From positions 1 to 64,000 of the forward strand of contig JBHIBG010000001.1 in the NCBI GenBank assembly GCA_046758965.1: 64,000 nt of DNA, read 5' to 3'. Source of the DNA: Candidatus Methylomirabilia bacterium (lineage in GTDB: Bacteria; Methylomirabilota; Methylomirabilia; Rokubacteriales; CSP1-6). The notes beneath the pieces are model-generated. The model saw nothing but the letters and a program-made list of their open reading frames with translations. It did not search any database and was not told the DNA's origin. The translations under genes and the position numbers were made by a program. Of this stretch, positions 20,324 to 32,210 are shown one piece after another (position 1 is the first letter of the stretch; every line of letters starts with the position of its first letter).

Positions 20324-21193
20324 ATGAACGGCTCACTGCGTTTTGTCATCATCACCGGGCTCAGCGGGGCAGGGAAGAGCTTTGCGATCAAATGCTTGGA
20401 GGACATGGGCTACTTCTGCGTGGACAATCTGCCGACCACGCTGATCCCGACGTTCGCGGAGTTGTGCGCGCAATCCACCCGGAGGATCCGGCGGATCGCG
20501 TTGGGTGTGGATGTGCGCGAAGGCGAGTACCTCGCTCACCTCGTGGAGATCCTTCACGAGCTCCGAGCCAAAGGCCATCCGGCAGACGTCCTCTTTCTCG
20601 AGGCGGGGGACGAGGCGCTGGTCCGGCGCTACCACGAAAGCCGCCGCCGCCATCCGCTCGCGGTCGAGGGGAACATCCTGGAGGGGATTGCGGCCGAGCG
20701 AAAGGCCATGGCCCATCTCAAGGAGATCGCCGACCGCATCGTCGACACCTCTCAGCTGACGGTCCATCAACTGAAGGAATTCCTCGTCGAGACCTACGGG
20801 CGCGAGGACGCTCGTCCGGCGCTCTCCGTCGCTCTGGTGTCGTTCGGCTACAAGCACGGGATTCCGTACGATGCCGACCTCGTGTTCGACGTGCGCTTCC
20901 TCCCCAACCCCCACTTCGTCGAACAGCTGCGCGCCCGGGACGGGCGGGAGCCGGCCGTTCGAGGGTTCGTGCTCTCCCACCCCGAGAGCGGTCAGCTCCT
21001 CGAGCACCTGCAGGCCTTGCTCAGATTCCTTCTCCCGTTCTACCAGCGCGAGGGGAAGGCGTATCTCACCGTAGCGATCGGCTGCACCGGGGGGCGCCAT
21101 CGCTCGGTGACCGTCGTAGAAGAGCTTCGCCCGTTCTTCGAAGCGCTGGGATTCATGCCCGCCGTGACCCACCGGGACCTCGACCGTGAATGA
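20324..21193 (+). CDS. rapZ: RNase adapter RapZ (YvcJ)
   Basis: TGLSGAGKS, CVDNLP, SFGYKHG, DVRFLPNP, GCTGGRHRS. Confidence 0.96.
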   Translation: MNGSLRFVIITGLSGAGKSFAIKCLEDMGYFCVDNLPTTLIPTFAELCAQSTRRIRRIALGVDVREGEYLAHLVEILHELRAKGHPADVLFLEAGDEALVRRYHESRRRHPLAVEGNILEGIAAERKAMAHLKEIADRIVDTSQLTVHQLKEFLVETYGREDARPALSVALVSFGYKHGIPYDADLVFDVRFLPNPHFVEQLRARDGREPAVRGFVLSHPESGQLLEHLQALLRFLLPFYQREGKAYLTVAIGCTGGRHRSVTVVEELRPFFEALGFMPAVTHRDLDRE

Positions 21194-21289
21194 GTCGCCC
21201 ACTCTCGCCGAGGCGACACCCCTGCCACGATGAGTTCGCCCTCTCGGGGTCGCCGCGCAAGGGGGTCGCCGAATGACCGATCGAGCCAG

Positions 21290-22375
21290 ATGACCCGCGC
21301 CGCGCTGCTCGACGACGCGGCAGGCCTCCAGGGCCAGGATCCCCGAGGGGTGGGAAGAATCCTGGCGGATTTTCCGGCTCACTGTCGCGCCGCAGCCACG
21401 TTGGTGCCGTCGCGCCCACTCTCCCGGATGGCGTTTCACCACGTCGTCGTAGCCGGGATGGGAGGCTCGGCCATGGGCGGGGAGCTGCTGAAGGCGCTCG
21501 CCGCCGCCCGCTTGGCACTCCCGGTCACGGTGTGGCGGGATTACGGCATCCCGGCGTTCGTGGATTCCAGGACGCTCGTGCTCGGGCTGTCGTATTCCGG
21601 CAAGACCGAGGAGACCCTCTCCGCGGTCGAAGCGGCTCTGCAACGAGGCGCTCCGGCTGCAGTGCTCACGAGCGGCGGGGAGCTGGCGGCGTTGGCCGCT
21701 TCCCGTGGGCTGCCCATGGTGAGGCTTCCGCTCGGCCTGATGCCTCGCCTGGCCCTCGGCTACCTCTTGTTCCCGCTCCTCGGGCTGCTCGACGCGACCG
21801 GGCTGGCCGTGGTGACGGGGCCGGAGCGCGACGAGGCCCTTCAACTGCTCGAGGGCATGGGAAGCGAGCTCCGGCCGGAGCGGCCGACAGCGGAAAATCA
21901 AGCCAAGCAGCTGGCGTTGATGCTCCACGGCAAGATCCCGGTGCTTTACGGGAGCGCGGCGACCGAAGCGGCGGCCTATCGCTGGAAGACCGCGGTGGAA
22001 GAAAACGCCAAGCTCTTGGCCTTCCACGGGTGTCTCCCGGAGGTGAACCATAACGAGATCGAGGGATGGGGCGACCCGGCCGGCAGGGGGTTCTACGCGG
22101 TGTTCCTCCGGGATCCCGACGAAGGGGAGGTGGTCGGCCGCCGCGTTCGCCTGACGAGGGAGCTGATCGGGGCCCACGCCGGGGGAGTCGCGGAGGTGTG
22201 GCCGCGGGGGCGCGCGCGCCTGGCCCGACAGCTCTCGTTGATCCACCTTGGGGACTGGGTCAGCTACTACCTGGCACTCCTCCGGGCGAGAGATCCGTGG
22301 TCGGTGCCCACCCTTGAGGCGCTCAAACGGCGGCTTCGAGAGAGTGAAGCGATGATTTCCCTTGAGGGCGGCTGA
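21290..22375 (+). CDS. Bifunctional phosphoglucose/phosphomannose isomerase (SIS type)
   Basis: GMGGSA, SYSGKTEET, TSGG.L, PRLA, ENAK, PEVNHNEI, GDWVSYYLA. Confidence 0.9.
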   Translation: MTRAALLDDAAGLQGQDPRGVGRILADFPAHCRAAATLVPSRPLSRMAFHHVVVAGMGGSAMGGELLKALAAARLALPVTVWRDYGIPAFVDSRTLVLGLSYSGKTEETLSAVEAALQRGAPAAVLTSGGELAALAASRGLPMVRLPLGLMPRLALGYLLFPLLGLLDATGLAVVTGPERDEALQLLEGMGSELRPERPTAENQAKQLALMLHGKIPVLYGSAATEAAAYRWKTAVEENAKLLAFHGCLPEVNHNEIEGWGDPAGRGFYAVFLRDPDEGEVVGRRVRLTRELIGAHAGGVAEVWPRGRARLARQLSLIHLGDWVSYYLALLRARDPWSVPTLEALKRRLRESEAMISLEGG

Positions 22376-22391
22376 CCGGGTGTGCTAGCGT
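22363..22391 (+). promoter_or_regulatory. Possible sigma70 promoter for metK-ahcY
   Basis: TTGAGG-17 nt-(TGc)TAGCGT. Confidence 0.45.
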
Positions 22392-22427
22392 AACGGAGCC
22401 TGTGGCAGTTCACCAAGGAGGAGCCAG

Positions 22428-23579
22428 ATGGCAGGGGAATCAAACCTCTTCACCTCCGAGTCGGTGACGGAAGGTCATCCCGACAAGATCGCCGACCAGA
22501 TCTCCGACGCCGTGCTGGACGCGATCCTCGAACAGGATCCCGCCGGTCGGGTGGCGTGTGAGTGCCTGCTCACGACCGGGCTCGTCTTCGTGGCCGGCGA
22601 GATTACGACCACGTGCTACGTCGACATCCCGCGGATTATCCGCGACACCATCCGACAGGTCGGGTACACCCGCGCGAAGTATGGGTTCGACGCGGAGACC
22701 TGTGCCGTCACCACCGCCATCGACGAGCAGTCCAAGGACATCGCCCTGGGTGTGGATGCCCTGGGAGCCGGTGATCAAGGAATGATGTTCGGATACGCGT
22801 GCACGGAGACGGCGGAGCTGATGCCCATGCCCATCATGCTGGCCCACAAGCTCGTCAGACGCCTCGGCGAGGTCCGCCGGAGCGGTGTCCTCCCCTACTT
22901 GAGGCCGGACGGGAAGAGCCAGGTGACGGTCAGGTACGTGGACGGGAAGCCACGGGCGGTGGAGGCGGTGGTGATCTCAGCCCAGCATGCCCCGGACGTG
23001 ACTCTCCAGCAGATCCGGGAGGAGATCGTTCAACACGTCGTCCTTCCGACGATTCCACCGGAGCTGATGGAGCCGAAGGCGTGCGCGTTCCACATCAACC
23101 CCACCGGGCGGTTCGTAACCGGGGGCCCCATGGGGGACACGGGGCTCACCGGTCGCAAGATCATCGTGGACACGTACGGAGGTGCGTGCCCCCATGGTGG
23201 CGGGGCCTTTTCCGGAAAGGACCCGACCAAGGTGGATCGCTCCGCCAGTTACATGGTCCGCCACATCGCCAAGAACATCGTGGCCGCAGGCCTGGCCGAA
23301 CGCTGTGTGGTGCAGGTGGCCTACGCCATCGGCGTGGCCGAGCCCCTCTCCGTGATGGTGGAAGCGTTCGGGACCGCAAAGGTGCCTACCTCGAAGCTTC
23401 AGGAGATGGTTCGGAAGCACTTCGAGCTGACCCCGGCGGGCATCATCAAGTACCTGAACCTACGCCGCCCCGTCTACCGGAAGACCGCTGCGTACGGCCA
23501 CTTCGGTCGGTCCGAGCCGGAGTTCTCCTGGGAGCGAGCGGACCGGGTGAAGGATCTCCGGGAAGACGCCGGCATCTAA
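22428..23579 (+). CDS. metK: S-adenosylmethionine synthetase
   Basis: [35 protein letters not shown]. Confidence 0.98.
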   Translation: MAGESNLFTSESVTEGHPDKIADQISDAVLDAILEQDPAGRVACECLLTTGLVFVAGEITTTCYVDIPRIIRDTIRQVGYTRAKYGFDAETCAVTTAIDEQSKDIALGVDALGAGDQGMMFGYACTETAELMPMPIMLAHKLVRRLGEVRRSGVLPYLRPDGKSQVTVRYVDGKPRAVEAVVISAQHAPDVTLQQIREEIVQHVVLPTIPPELMEPKACAFHINPTGRFVTGGPMGDTGLTGRKIIVDTYGGACPHGGGAFSGKDPTKVDRSASYMVRHIAKNIVAAGLAERCVVQVAYAIGVAEPLSVMVEAFGTAKVPTSKLQEMVRKHFELTPAGIIKYLNLRRPVYRKTAAYGHFGRSEPEFSWERADRVKDLREDAGI

Positions 23580-24851
<1,272 letters not shown>

Positions 24852-24881
24852 TAGGGTCGAGGGTCCTGCTCTAACCGTCCG

Positions 24882-27605
24882 ATGGCTGCGCGACGTATCC
24901 CACCGGCGTTCTGGCTCTTCCTGGCCCTGATCGGCCTCGGGCTCGTCGCCCAGGCCGTACCCCTGTACACGGACTGGCTCTGGTTCGGGGAGGTCGGCTA
25001 TACGCAGGTGTTCCTCTCCATTCTGACCCTTCGCGCCTGGCTGTTCATCGGCGTAGGGCTTGGGGCCTTCGTATTCCTCTACCTGAATCTGTCCCTGGCC
25101 GCACGGGCGGCCCCGCCCGACGCGCTGTGGGAGCTTGAGGACCAGTTGGGGCTTCCTGGCCCCGAGGTGCTGGAGCCGTTGATCCAGCGGCTTCTGGTTC
25201 CCATCCTCGGCGTTGTCGCCTTCTTCTCCGGGGTGGGGGCTTCCGGTGCCTGGGAGACTGTTCTCGCGTACTTCAACAGAGGCCCCTTCGGGGCCACGGA
25301 CCCGCTCTTCGACCGTGATCTGGCCTTCTACGTCTTCAGCCTGCCCTTCTGGCGACTCCTCTATGGCTGGGGGTTGCTCCTCCTGGGAGCGACCTTCGTG
25401 CTGAGCCTCGCGCTCTACGTGCTCCAGCGAGCCCTGGTGCTCACGGCCCAGGGCCCGAAGCTGGCGGCCCGAGCACGAAGCCACTTGCTCGTGCTCGGGG
25501 CGGCGTTCCTGGTGCTCAGGGGGGTGGGGTTGTGGCTGGACCGCTTCGAGCTGCTCTATTCCCCCAGGGGGGTGGTGTTCGGGGCTTCGTACACAGACGT
25601 GAACGCTTCCCTGCCGGTCCTCTCGGGCCTCGCGGTGGTGATCTTTCTCTGCGCTCTGCTCTGTCTCTTCCAGCTCGTCCGCCCGAACGTTCGCGTTCTC
25701 CTGGGGGCGATCGCCGTGCTCGCCGTCGCCTGGGTAGGGGGCCTGGGGCTGTATCCCGCGGCGGTCCAGCGCTTCCGCGTGGCGCCCAACGAACTGGAGA
25801 TGGAGCGGCCCTATATCAGCCACAACATCCGGATGACCCGGAGCGCCTATGGCTTGAACCGGATCGAGGACGAGGACTTCCCCGCCGAGGAGAACCTCAA
25901 CGTCGAGGCGCTGGCGCGGAACCAGCTGACGGTGAAAAACATTCGGCTCTGGGATCACCGGCCGCTGCTGACAACGTACGGCCAGCTCCAGGAGATCCGG
26001 ACCTACTACAAGTTCCTCGACGTGGACAACGACCGCTACTTCATCAACGGCGAGTACCGTCAGATGATGCTCTCCCCCCGAGAGCTCTCCTACGAGCACC
26101 TCCCCAGCCGGATTTGGATCAACGAGCGCCTGATCTACACCCACGGCTACGGGGTCGTCGTGGGCCCGGTGAACCGGATCAGCCCCGAGGGGCTCCCCGA
26201 GTTTTTCGTGAAGGACATCCCGCCGGGGTCGAAGAGCTTCGTCGAGATTACCCGGCCAGAGATTTACTTCGGCGAGAGCTCCAACCGGTATGTGTTCGTC
26301 CGGACCAATGCCCAGGAGCTCGATTATCCCTCCGGCGACGAGAACGTCTACACCCGGTATGAGGGGCGGGGGGGGATTCCTATCGGCTCGTTCCTGACCA
26401 AGCTGGCGTTCGCTGTCCGATTCGGCGAGATCAAGATCCTGCTCTCCGATGACCTGACCGAGGAGAGCCGGATCATGATCTACCGGACGATCACCGAGCG
26501 GGTCCGGAAGGTCGCCCCGTTCCTCCGATTTGACCGGGACCCGTACCTGGTGATCACCGATGACGGGCGCCTGGTCTGGATCATCGACGCCTATACCGTC
26601 ACGGACCGTTACCCCTACTCCGAGCCGGTCCCGGACCTCGGAAACTACATCCGAAACTCGGTCAAGGCCACCGTCGACGCCTACCACGGCGCGGTGACGC
26701 TGTACCTGGCGGACCCGGAGGATCCGGTGGTCCGGGTCTATGCCCGTGCCTTCCCCGGGCTCTTCAAGTCGCTGGACGAGATGCCGGCTGACCTCCGAAG
26801 CCACATCCGGTACCCGGCAGATTTGTTCGCCGCCCAGGCGAAGATGTACGCCACCTATCACATGGAAGACCCGCAGGTCTTCTACAACAAGGAGGACCTC
26901 TGGGCAGTTCCGCAGCGGGGCGTGGAGGGGGCGGACCGGGCCATGCAGCCGTACTACACCATCCTGCGGCTGCCGGGGGAGGAGAAGGAGGAGTTTGTCC
27001 TCTTGATGCTCTACAACCCGAGTCGCCGCGATAACATGATCGCCTGGCTCGCTGCTCGGTCCGATGGCCCCAACTACGGTCGGCTGATCGCGTTCATGTT
27101 CCCCAAGCAAAAGCTGGTGTACGGGCCTCGACAGATCGACGCGAGGATCGATCAGAATCCGGTGATCTCTCAGCAGCTCTCGCTCTGGAACCAGCGGGGT
27201 TCGGTGACCATTCGCGGCTCGCTCCTGGCGATTCCGATCGAGCAGTCCCTGATCTATGTCCAGCCGCTCTATCTGGCGGCGTCCGCGGTGGGGGCGCTGC
27301 CGGAGCTCCGCCGGGTCTTTGTGGCGTACGGGAACGAGATTGCCATGGAGCCTTCGCTCGAGCAGTCCCTCGAGCGGATCTTCGGGAGAGGGCGGGGCCC
27401 GCGGCCGGTCGTCGCCGGGCCCGCCCCGCCTAGGGCTCCGGACCGGGCTGAGAGCGGACGACTCGGGGCGTTTGCCCGACAAGCCTGGGAGGCGTGGAGC
27501 CGAGCCCAGGAGGCGCTCCGCCGGGGGGACTGGGCGGGATACGGCTCGGAGCAGCGTCGGCTCGAGAAGGCCCTGCGGGAGCTCCAGAGGCGCGCGGCGC
27601 GCTGA
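24882..27605 (+). CDS. UPF0182 (COG1615) membrane protein
   Basis: YTDWLWF, DPLFDRDL.FY.F.LP, GASYTD, NIRLWD, YTHGYG, NYIRNSVKA, HIRYP. Confidence 0.92.
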   Translation: MAARRIPPAFWLFLALIGLGLVAQAVPLYTDWLWFGEVGYTQVFLSILTLRAWLFIGVGLGAFVFLYLNLSLAARAAPPDALWELEDQLGLPGPEVLEPLIQRLLVPILGVVAFFSGVGASGAWETVLAYFNRGPFGATDPLFDRDLAFYVFSLPFWRLLYGWGLLLLGATFVLSLALYVLQRALVLTAQGPKLAARARSHLLVLGAAFLVLRGVGLWLDRFELLYSPRGVVFGASYTDVNASLPVLSGLAVVIFLCALLCLFQLVRPNVRVLLGAIAVLAVAWVGGLGLYPAAVQRFRVAPNELEMERPYISHNIRMTRSAYGLNRIEDEDFPAEENLNVEALARNQLTVKNIRLWDHRPLLTTYGQLQEIRTYYKFLDVDNDRYFINGEYRQMMLSPRELSYEHLPSRIWINERLIYTHGYGVVVGPVNRISPEGLPEFFVKDIPPGSKSFVEITRPEIYFGESSNRYVFVRTNAQELDYPSGDENVYTRYEGRGGIPIGSFLTKLAFAVRFGEIKILLSDDLTEESRIMIYRTITERVRKVAPFLRFDRDPYLVITDDGRLVWIIDAYTVTDRYPYSEPVPDLGNYIRNSVKATVDAYHGAVTLYLADPEDPVVRVYARAFPGLFKSLDEMPADLRSHIRYPADLFAAQAKMYATYHMEDPQVFYNKEDLWAVPQRGVEGADRAMQPYYTILRLPGEEKEEFVLLMLYNPSRRDNMIAWLAARSDGPNYGRLIAFMFPKQKLVYGPRQIDARIDQNPVISQQLSLWNQRGSVTIRGSLLAIPIEQSLIYVQPLYLAASAVGALPELRRVFVAYGNEIAMEPSLEQSLERIFGRGRGPRPVVAGPAPPRAPDRAESGRLGAFARQAWEAWSRAQEALRRGDWAGYGSEQRRLEKALRELQRRAAR

Positions 27606-28026
27606 ATCGAGCGGGCCCGAGCCTCTAGTTTTGCCCCCTGGCAGCCCGTTCACCGTCTGAGTTGTGGTGAGCGCCCCGCTCCTTCGGGCATTTCGGAACT
27701 CTCGGGGTTCGATCGGCGATCCTCGATCCTGGGGCCTCCGCGCTCATGATGACGGTCGCCTCGCCCGGCGAGGAGTGAGGGGGCTGCTCAATGGCTACCG
27801 CGGTCCGGAGGCTATCTCCGACCACGGGCTCACTCCCGGACGAACCGCTTGCCCGCTGGGAAACTCCCACGAAAGTTACCGAGCCTTTGTGGGGCCCCAC
27901 CGTCTGCACACCCGACCCTGTGCCTGCCCTAAGTCATTGGCGATGACCTGGATGGCCTTTCCTGGCTAGGCGTGCCTCAGCCGCACCAGCGTGTCGAGAA
28001 GCGGCGTCAGGATGGTCGCCGACGGC

Positions 28027-29550
28027 CTACCGGCAGGTGCCGACACCCCCGTCAATGAGCGTGTAGGACAGCGCGAAGCGGCGCTGTTCGGCGTTGATCA
28101 GGCCCGCCTCTACCACGCCATCGCGGATAGGTTCGAACGCGGGCGCCTGCATCGCCGTGCGCAGATAGTCGCGCATCTCCCGGGGAGCTTCGGGCGATTT
28201 GCCACGCCACACGATCAGGCATTGGTCACCGACAGGTTCCTCGGGGAAGGCGGAAAGCGGATACCCCACGACGATCACCCGAGACTCCTTGAAGATCAGC
28301 TTCAGGTTCCCACCGGTATGATGGCGCTTGGCCACAATGGTGCCACGCTTGAAGCCAGCGGCACGGAGCTGCTCCGCCAACGCCGGGAATGGGGCGAACT
28401 TTCGGCAACCGTCGCAATACCTTGGCCATATCTCGTATAGCAGGGGCCGCTCAGCGACAAATAGGACGGTTACTCCGAGGACCACGCCGAGAAATACCCG
28501 CACTCTAGCGCGCGAAAGAGAGTCCAGCCGTGTCCGGGCAAACAGGTAGACAGGCAGGAACATCAGCACTACGGGCATCCAGTGCGTCCTGAATCGCATG
28601 GCGCCGAGCAGAAGAACGAGAAGCACCAGGAACCCGATGCCACAGAGCATGAAATAACCGAGAAAGCGTCGATAGCCGTGAGGATCCGGGAGAGCCTCGC
28701 GGGTGCGGAGCAGCAGCCTCGGGAATATGAACGGGAGGATTAGCGAGAGCGGAACGGTAAAAGTGAAGAGCTTACTCGCGAGCTTCAGCAACCCGCCGGT
28801 AACAGCAGTGGTGTAGGAGGATGCCGCCCCGGCGGACGTGCTGCTTCTTAGCAGGTCGAGAAACGAATTGTGGTGCTCGAAAGACCACTCCAGGTGTGGG
28901 GCGATCACCAACGTCGCAGCGGCGGCAGTGATGACTATCTGCCAGTCAAGCAGGCGTCGTCGGAAAGGCGGGACGAAAAGCGCCGCAACTGTCCCGGCGG
29001 CGATCGCGAGCGCAAAGTTGTATTTCGCCAGAATCCCCAGCGCGCTGCTCAGCCCGAGGAGCAAGTAATGGTGCCATCGCCCGGATTCGACGACCCGGGT
29101 CAGGAGGTAGAGAGTTACAGCGAGCAGTGTGGTGGCTGCGACCGTGTGGGTCATCTGATCGTGGACGTTGCGCGCGAAGTGGGCGACGAACCCGTAGCTA
29201 TAAAGGGAAAGAGCCGCTAAGTTGTCATTATCCGTAATCTTCCGAGCCGACAGGAACACGAAGACATAACCGCCGAATAGGATCGAATATTTTACAAGCG
29301 CGAGGCTGAACAGGTTCAGTCCGAATGCTTTGAAGGAGCCCCAAGCGAGCCAGGTGTAAAGTGGTGGCTGTCCATCCTCATAGCGCCACGCCAAGGATTG
29401 CGCGAAGAGCGCCTGCTCGGATTCGTCGAAACTCAAGCTGGGCTCGAGAAATACACGAAGCAACAGATGAAGAGTGGCGTAGACCGCCACGAGGAGGAGG
29501 AGTCCGGGCGGCGTCCAAAGCAGTTGTCTAGAGTGCCTGGCCCTCGTCAC
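28027..29550 (-). CDS. ArnT/PMT-like (GT83/GT39) membrane glycosyltransferase
   Basis: DESEQ, QPPLYTWL, LGILAKYNF motifs; many TM helices. Confidence 0.8.
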   Translation of the reverse strand: MTRARHSRQLLWTPPGLLLLVAVYATLHLLLRVFLEPSLSFDESEQALFAQSLAWRYEDGQPPLYTWLAWGSFKAFGLNLFSLALVKYSILFGGYVFVFLSARKITDNDNLAALSLYSYGFVAHFARNVHDQMTHTVAATTLLAVTLYLLTRVVESGRWHHYLLLGLSSALGILAKYNFALAIAAGTVAALFVPPFRRRLLDWQIVITAAAATLVIAPHLEWSFEHHNSFLDLLRSSTSAGAASSYTTAVTGGLLKLASKLFTFTVPLSLILPFIFPRLLLRTREALPDPHGYRRFLGYFMLCGIGFLVLLVLLLGAMRFRTHWMPVVLMFLPVYLFARTRLDSLSRARVRVFLGVVLGVTVLFVAERPLLYEIWPRYCDGCRKFAPFPALAEQLRAAGFKRGTIVAKRHHTGGNLKLIFKESRVIVVGYPLSAFPEEPVGDQCLIVWRGKSPEAPREMRDYLRTAMQAPAFEPIRDGVVEAGLINAEQRRFALSYTLIDGGVGTCR

Positions 29551-29786
29551 TTATTCCTGACCATGGCTACGGGCGCGGTCATTGCCGCGGCTGCCGGCGG
29601 CCGATAGGGCGCATGCCTCCGGCTCTTCTTTCGGGATGCGAGCATGATGCAGGTGGGGCAAGTACCCACACGGCTTCCGGAAAAGCCGTCGAGGGAAACC
29701 ATACGGAGATGGCGGGTAGTCCGTTTGAGCGCCGCGTGGTGAAGAGGAAGAGATCACTCACCTAGGCGGCGGGGAAGTCTGGGCAG

Positions 29787-32069
29787 TCACGTTCGCGTGC
29801 GGAGGAAGAGGGAGGCCCCCAGCCCAGCGAAGACCAGGTTGGCCGTCCACGCCGCCAGGAGAGGGGGAAGCATGTCAGCCTTGGCGAAGGAGATAGCCAG
29901 CGAGTGCACCACCCAGTAGCCCACCGTGAGCACGATGGCCAGCCCGATTCCGATGATGCGCCCCCCGGTCGGCGCGACGAGCGCAAAGGGAATCGCCACC
30001 AGGGGGATGATCAGGTGAACCAGCGGGAATGAAAGCTTGGAGTAGAGCTTTACCAGGTACTTCCGGACATGGTGGCCGCTCGCCTGGAGCTTCTCGAGGT
30101 AGGCTCGCAGTTCCGCGTAGCTCATCTCATCTGGCGAGGTCTGGAGTTGGGTAAAATCCTCGAGGTCTTCGGGGAGCGCGAAGGTGGTGGTTCGGAACGG
30201 GACGGCTTCGACCTGGTTTCCGCCCCCGAACTCGCGAAATAGCCCCTCCCGGAACTCCCATCCCATCGGTGTCCAGCGGGCGCGCCTGGCGTCCAGGCGG
30301 CTCCGAACGCGGAAATCGCGGTCGATCTGGAGCACCGTGACATCATCCATCACCTGTCCCACGGGGTCCAGCAGCTCAATCCGAAAGAAACCGGCGTCTG
30401 AGCTGCGATACCAGAGCTGGGTCTGGCGCTGGAGGTGCCGTGGCAGATTCCGCTTGATCTTGACCCGGTCGACTTCCCTTGCCTTCGCATTCAGCACCGG
30501 AAGGAATGTCTCCTGAAACACGACGGACGCCGCGCTGACCCCGAGGCCCAGGAGCAAGATGGGGAGGACGATGCGGTAGAGGCTCACGCCCGCGGCCTTC
30601 AGCGCCGTGAGCTCGTGGTAGCGCGCCATGGACAGGAAGAGAAAGATCGTGGCCACGAGGGTCACGACGGGGAGGCCCTGGTAGAGGTCCGTGGGAATCC
30701 GGTAGATGAGGTACTCCATGATGAAGCGGAGCGGCGGCCTGAACACGAGGAAGTTGTCGAGTTTCTGGAGGAGCGTCGCGATCAGGATCAGCACCGCGCC
30801 CACCCCCAGGCCATAAGCGAAGTAGGTCAGGTACTCTCGGACCATGTGGCGGTCGATGATCCGGCTTCCGAGTGCGCGGGCGCTGACTCGCGACGGCCCG
30901 GCAGGACGCCCGGGGGCGCGAATGAAGCGAGACCCGAGGCTCTGGAGCGACCAGAGGCGCTGGGCCCACGTCCTGGGAAGCTTCACTCGCGGGGCCGAGA
31001 GCAGCACCACCCCGAAAGCGGTGAATAGTAAGTTCGGGGCCCAGATGGCGAGCCAGGAAGGCATCCGCTGCGCCAGCGCGATTCCCTCCAGTGAGGTGAG
31101 CAGGATGAAGTAGGTCACGACGATCGCCAAGCTGCCGCCCAGGGCAATGGCGCGGCCGCCTCGGTCAGAGCGAGCTCCGAGCGCAAACCCGACCAGGGCA
31201 AAGACCAGGGCTGCCAGTGGGAGCGCGACCCGCCTGTGGAGTTCGATCTCGTAGCGCACGACGTTTCCACCTTTCCGGGTGCCAGCGAGGAGCGCCCGGA
31301 GCGAGAGATCCTTTTCCGGTCTCCCCACCCTCGCCGCCCCGGACAGGAAGGACTGGATGGAAAGGTTGATGTCGTAGAAGCCGAAGGTGGTGTAGCGGTA
31401 GCGATGCGCGTTCCCGGCGTCGGACTCGTGCACGGCGCCGTCGATGAGCCGGAGGGTGATCCGGTCGCGTGCCTGGTCGGCCAGGAGCCTGCCCCGGCTC
31501 GCCGTGATGATGCGCGAGACCTCGGGGTTCCGCTCGTCCGCGACCAGGACTCCCCTGAGCCCCACTTGAGAGGCGGTCAGCTCATCCACGTAGATCACGA
31601 GTTGATTGAAGGTGGTGTTGAACACGCGCTCCTTGATCCCAGTGGCGACACGCGCCTGGACGATCTTGAGGAGATGTCGCTGGAAAGCCCCGGTTGCCCA
31701 TGGGGCAACTGCCAACGTCAGGACCGCGGTGACCCCGGTTACGACCAGCGCCGCAAGAAGGAATGGGCGGATGAACCGGACGGGGCTCACCCCTGAGGCC
31801 TCGAGCGCCACCACCTCCAGGTCTCCGGCCATCCGCCCGCCCGCCAGGAGCACGGCGACCAGCAGTGCCATCGGGAGCGTATGGGCCAGGAACGAGGGCA
31901 GCATGAAGACCAGCAGGCCCAGCACGAGGTGGAGCGGGACGCCCTTGGCGATGACGAGATCAGTGAGCTGGTAGATGCGGTCGACGATCAGGAAGAAGGT
32001 GAAGAGCGCCACGCACATGATGAAGGGAGGAGCGAGCTCTTTGACCACGTACCGATCGAGGATCCGCAT
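29787..32069 (-). CDS. lptF/lptG: Fused LPS export permease LptF-LptG
   Basis: Two YjgP/YjgQ halves: MRILDRY..E.VALEASGVS, then IIDRH..ELTALKAAGVS..AAWTAN; continuous ORF. Confidence 0.9.
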   Translation of the reverse strand: MRILDRYVVKELAPPFIMCVALFTFFLIVDRIYQLTDLVIAKGVPLHLVLGLLVFMLPSFLAHTLPMALLVAVLLAGGRMAGDLEVVALEASGVSPVRFIRPFLLAALVVTGVTAVLTLAVAPWATGAFQRHLLKIVQARVATGIKERVFNTTFNQLVIYVDELTASQVGLRGVLVADERNPEVSRIITASRGRLLADQARDRITLRLIDGAVHESDAGNAHRYRYTTFGFYDINLSIQSFLSGAARVGRPEKDLSLRALLAGTRKGGNVVRYEIELHRRVALPLAALVFALVGFALGARSDRGGRAIALGGSLAIVVTYFILLTSLEGIALAQRMPSWLAIWAPNLLFTAFGVVLLSAPRVKLPRTWAQRLWSLQSLGSRFIRAPGRPAGPSRVSARALGSRIIDRHMVREYLTYFAYGLGVGAVLILIATLLQKLDNFLVFRPPLRFIMEYLIYRIPTDLYQGLPVVTLVATIFLFLSMARYHELTALKAAGVSLYRIVLPILLLGLGVSAASVVFQETFLPVLNAKAREVDRVKIKRNLPRHLQRQTQLWYRSSDAGFFRIELLDPVGQVMDDVTVLQIDRDFRVRSRLDARRARWTPMGWEFREGLFREFGGGNQVEAVPFRTTTFALPEDLEDFTQLQTSPDEMSYAELRAYLEKLQASGHHVRKYLVKLYSKLSFPLVHLIIPLVAIPFALVAPTGGRIIGIGLAIVLTVGYWVVHSLAISFAKADMLPPLLAAWTANLVFAGLGASLFLRTRT

Positions 32070-32210
32070 CGTGTTACGCCTCAGCCGGTTAGGATCTCAT
32101 CCCCTCGCGTCGTGCCGTAGCGGCGTGTGCGGCTCGGGCCCTCCGCGTGGTCGACTGCCATCCGGTGGCCGATGAGTCAAGCGTCACCCTCATGAGCGGC
32201 CCCGCCGATC

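Noticed and set aside
22376..22427. SAM riboswitch before metK
   Set aside because: The gap is only ~50 nt, mostly promoter and RBS; no SAM-box motifs.
27606..28026. Short ORFs or RNA gene in the 420-nt gap
   Set aside because: No RBS, motif, tRNA fold or convincing long stems.
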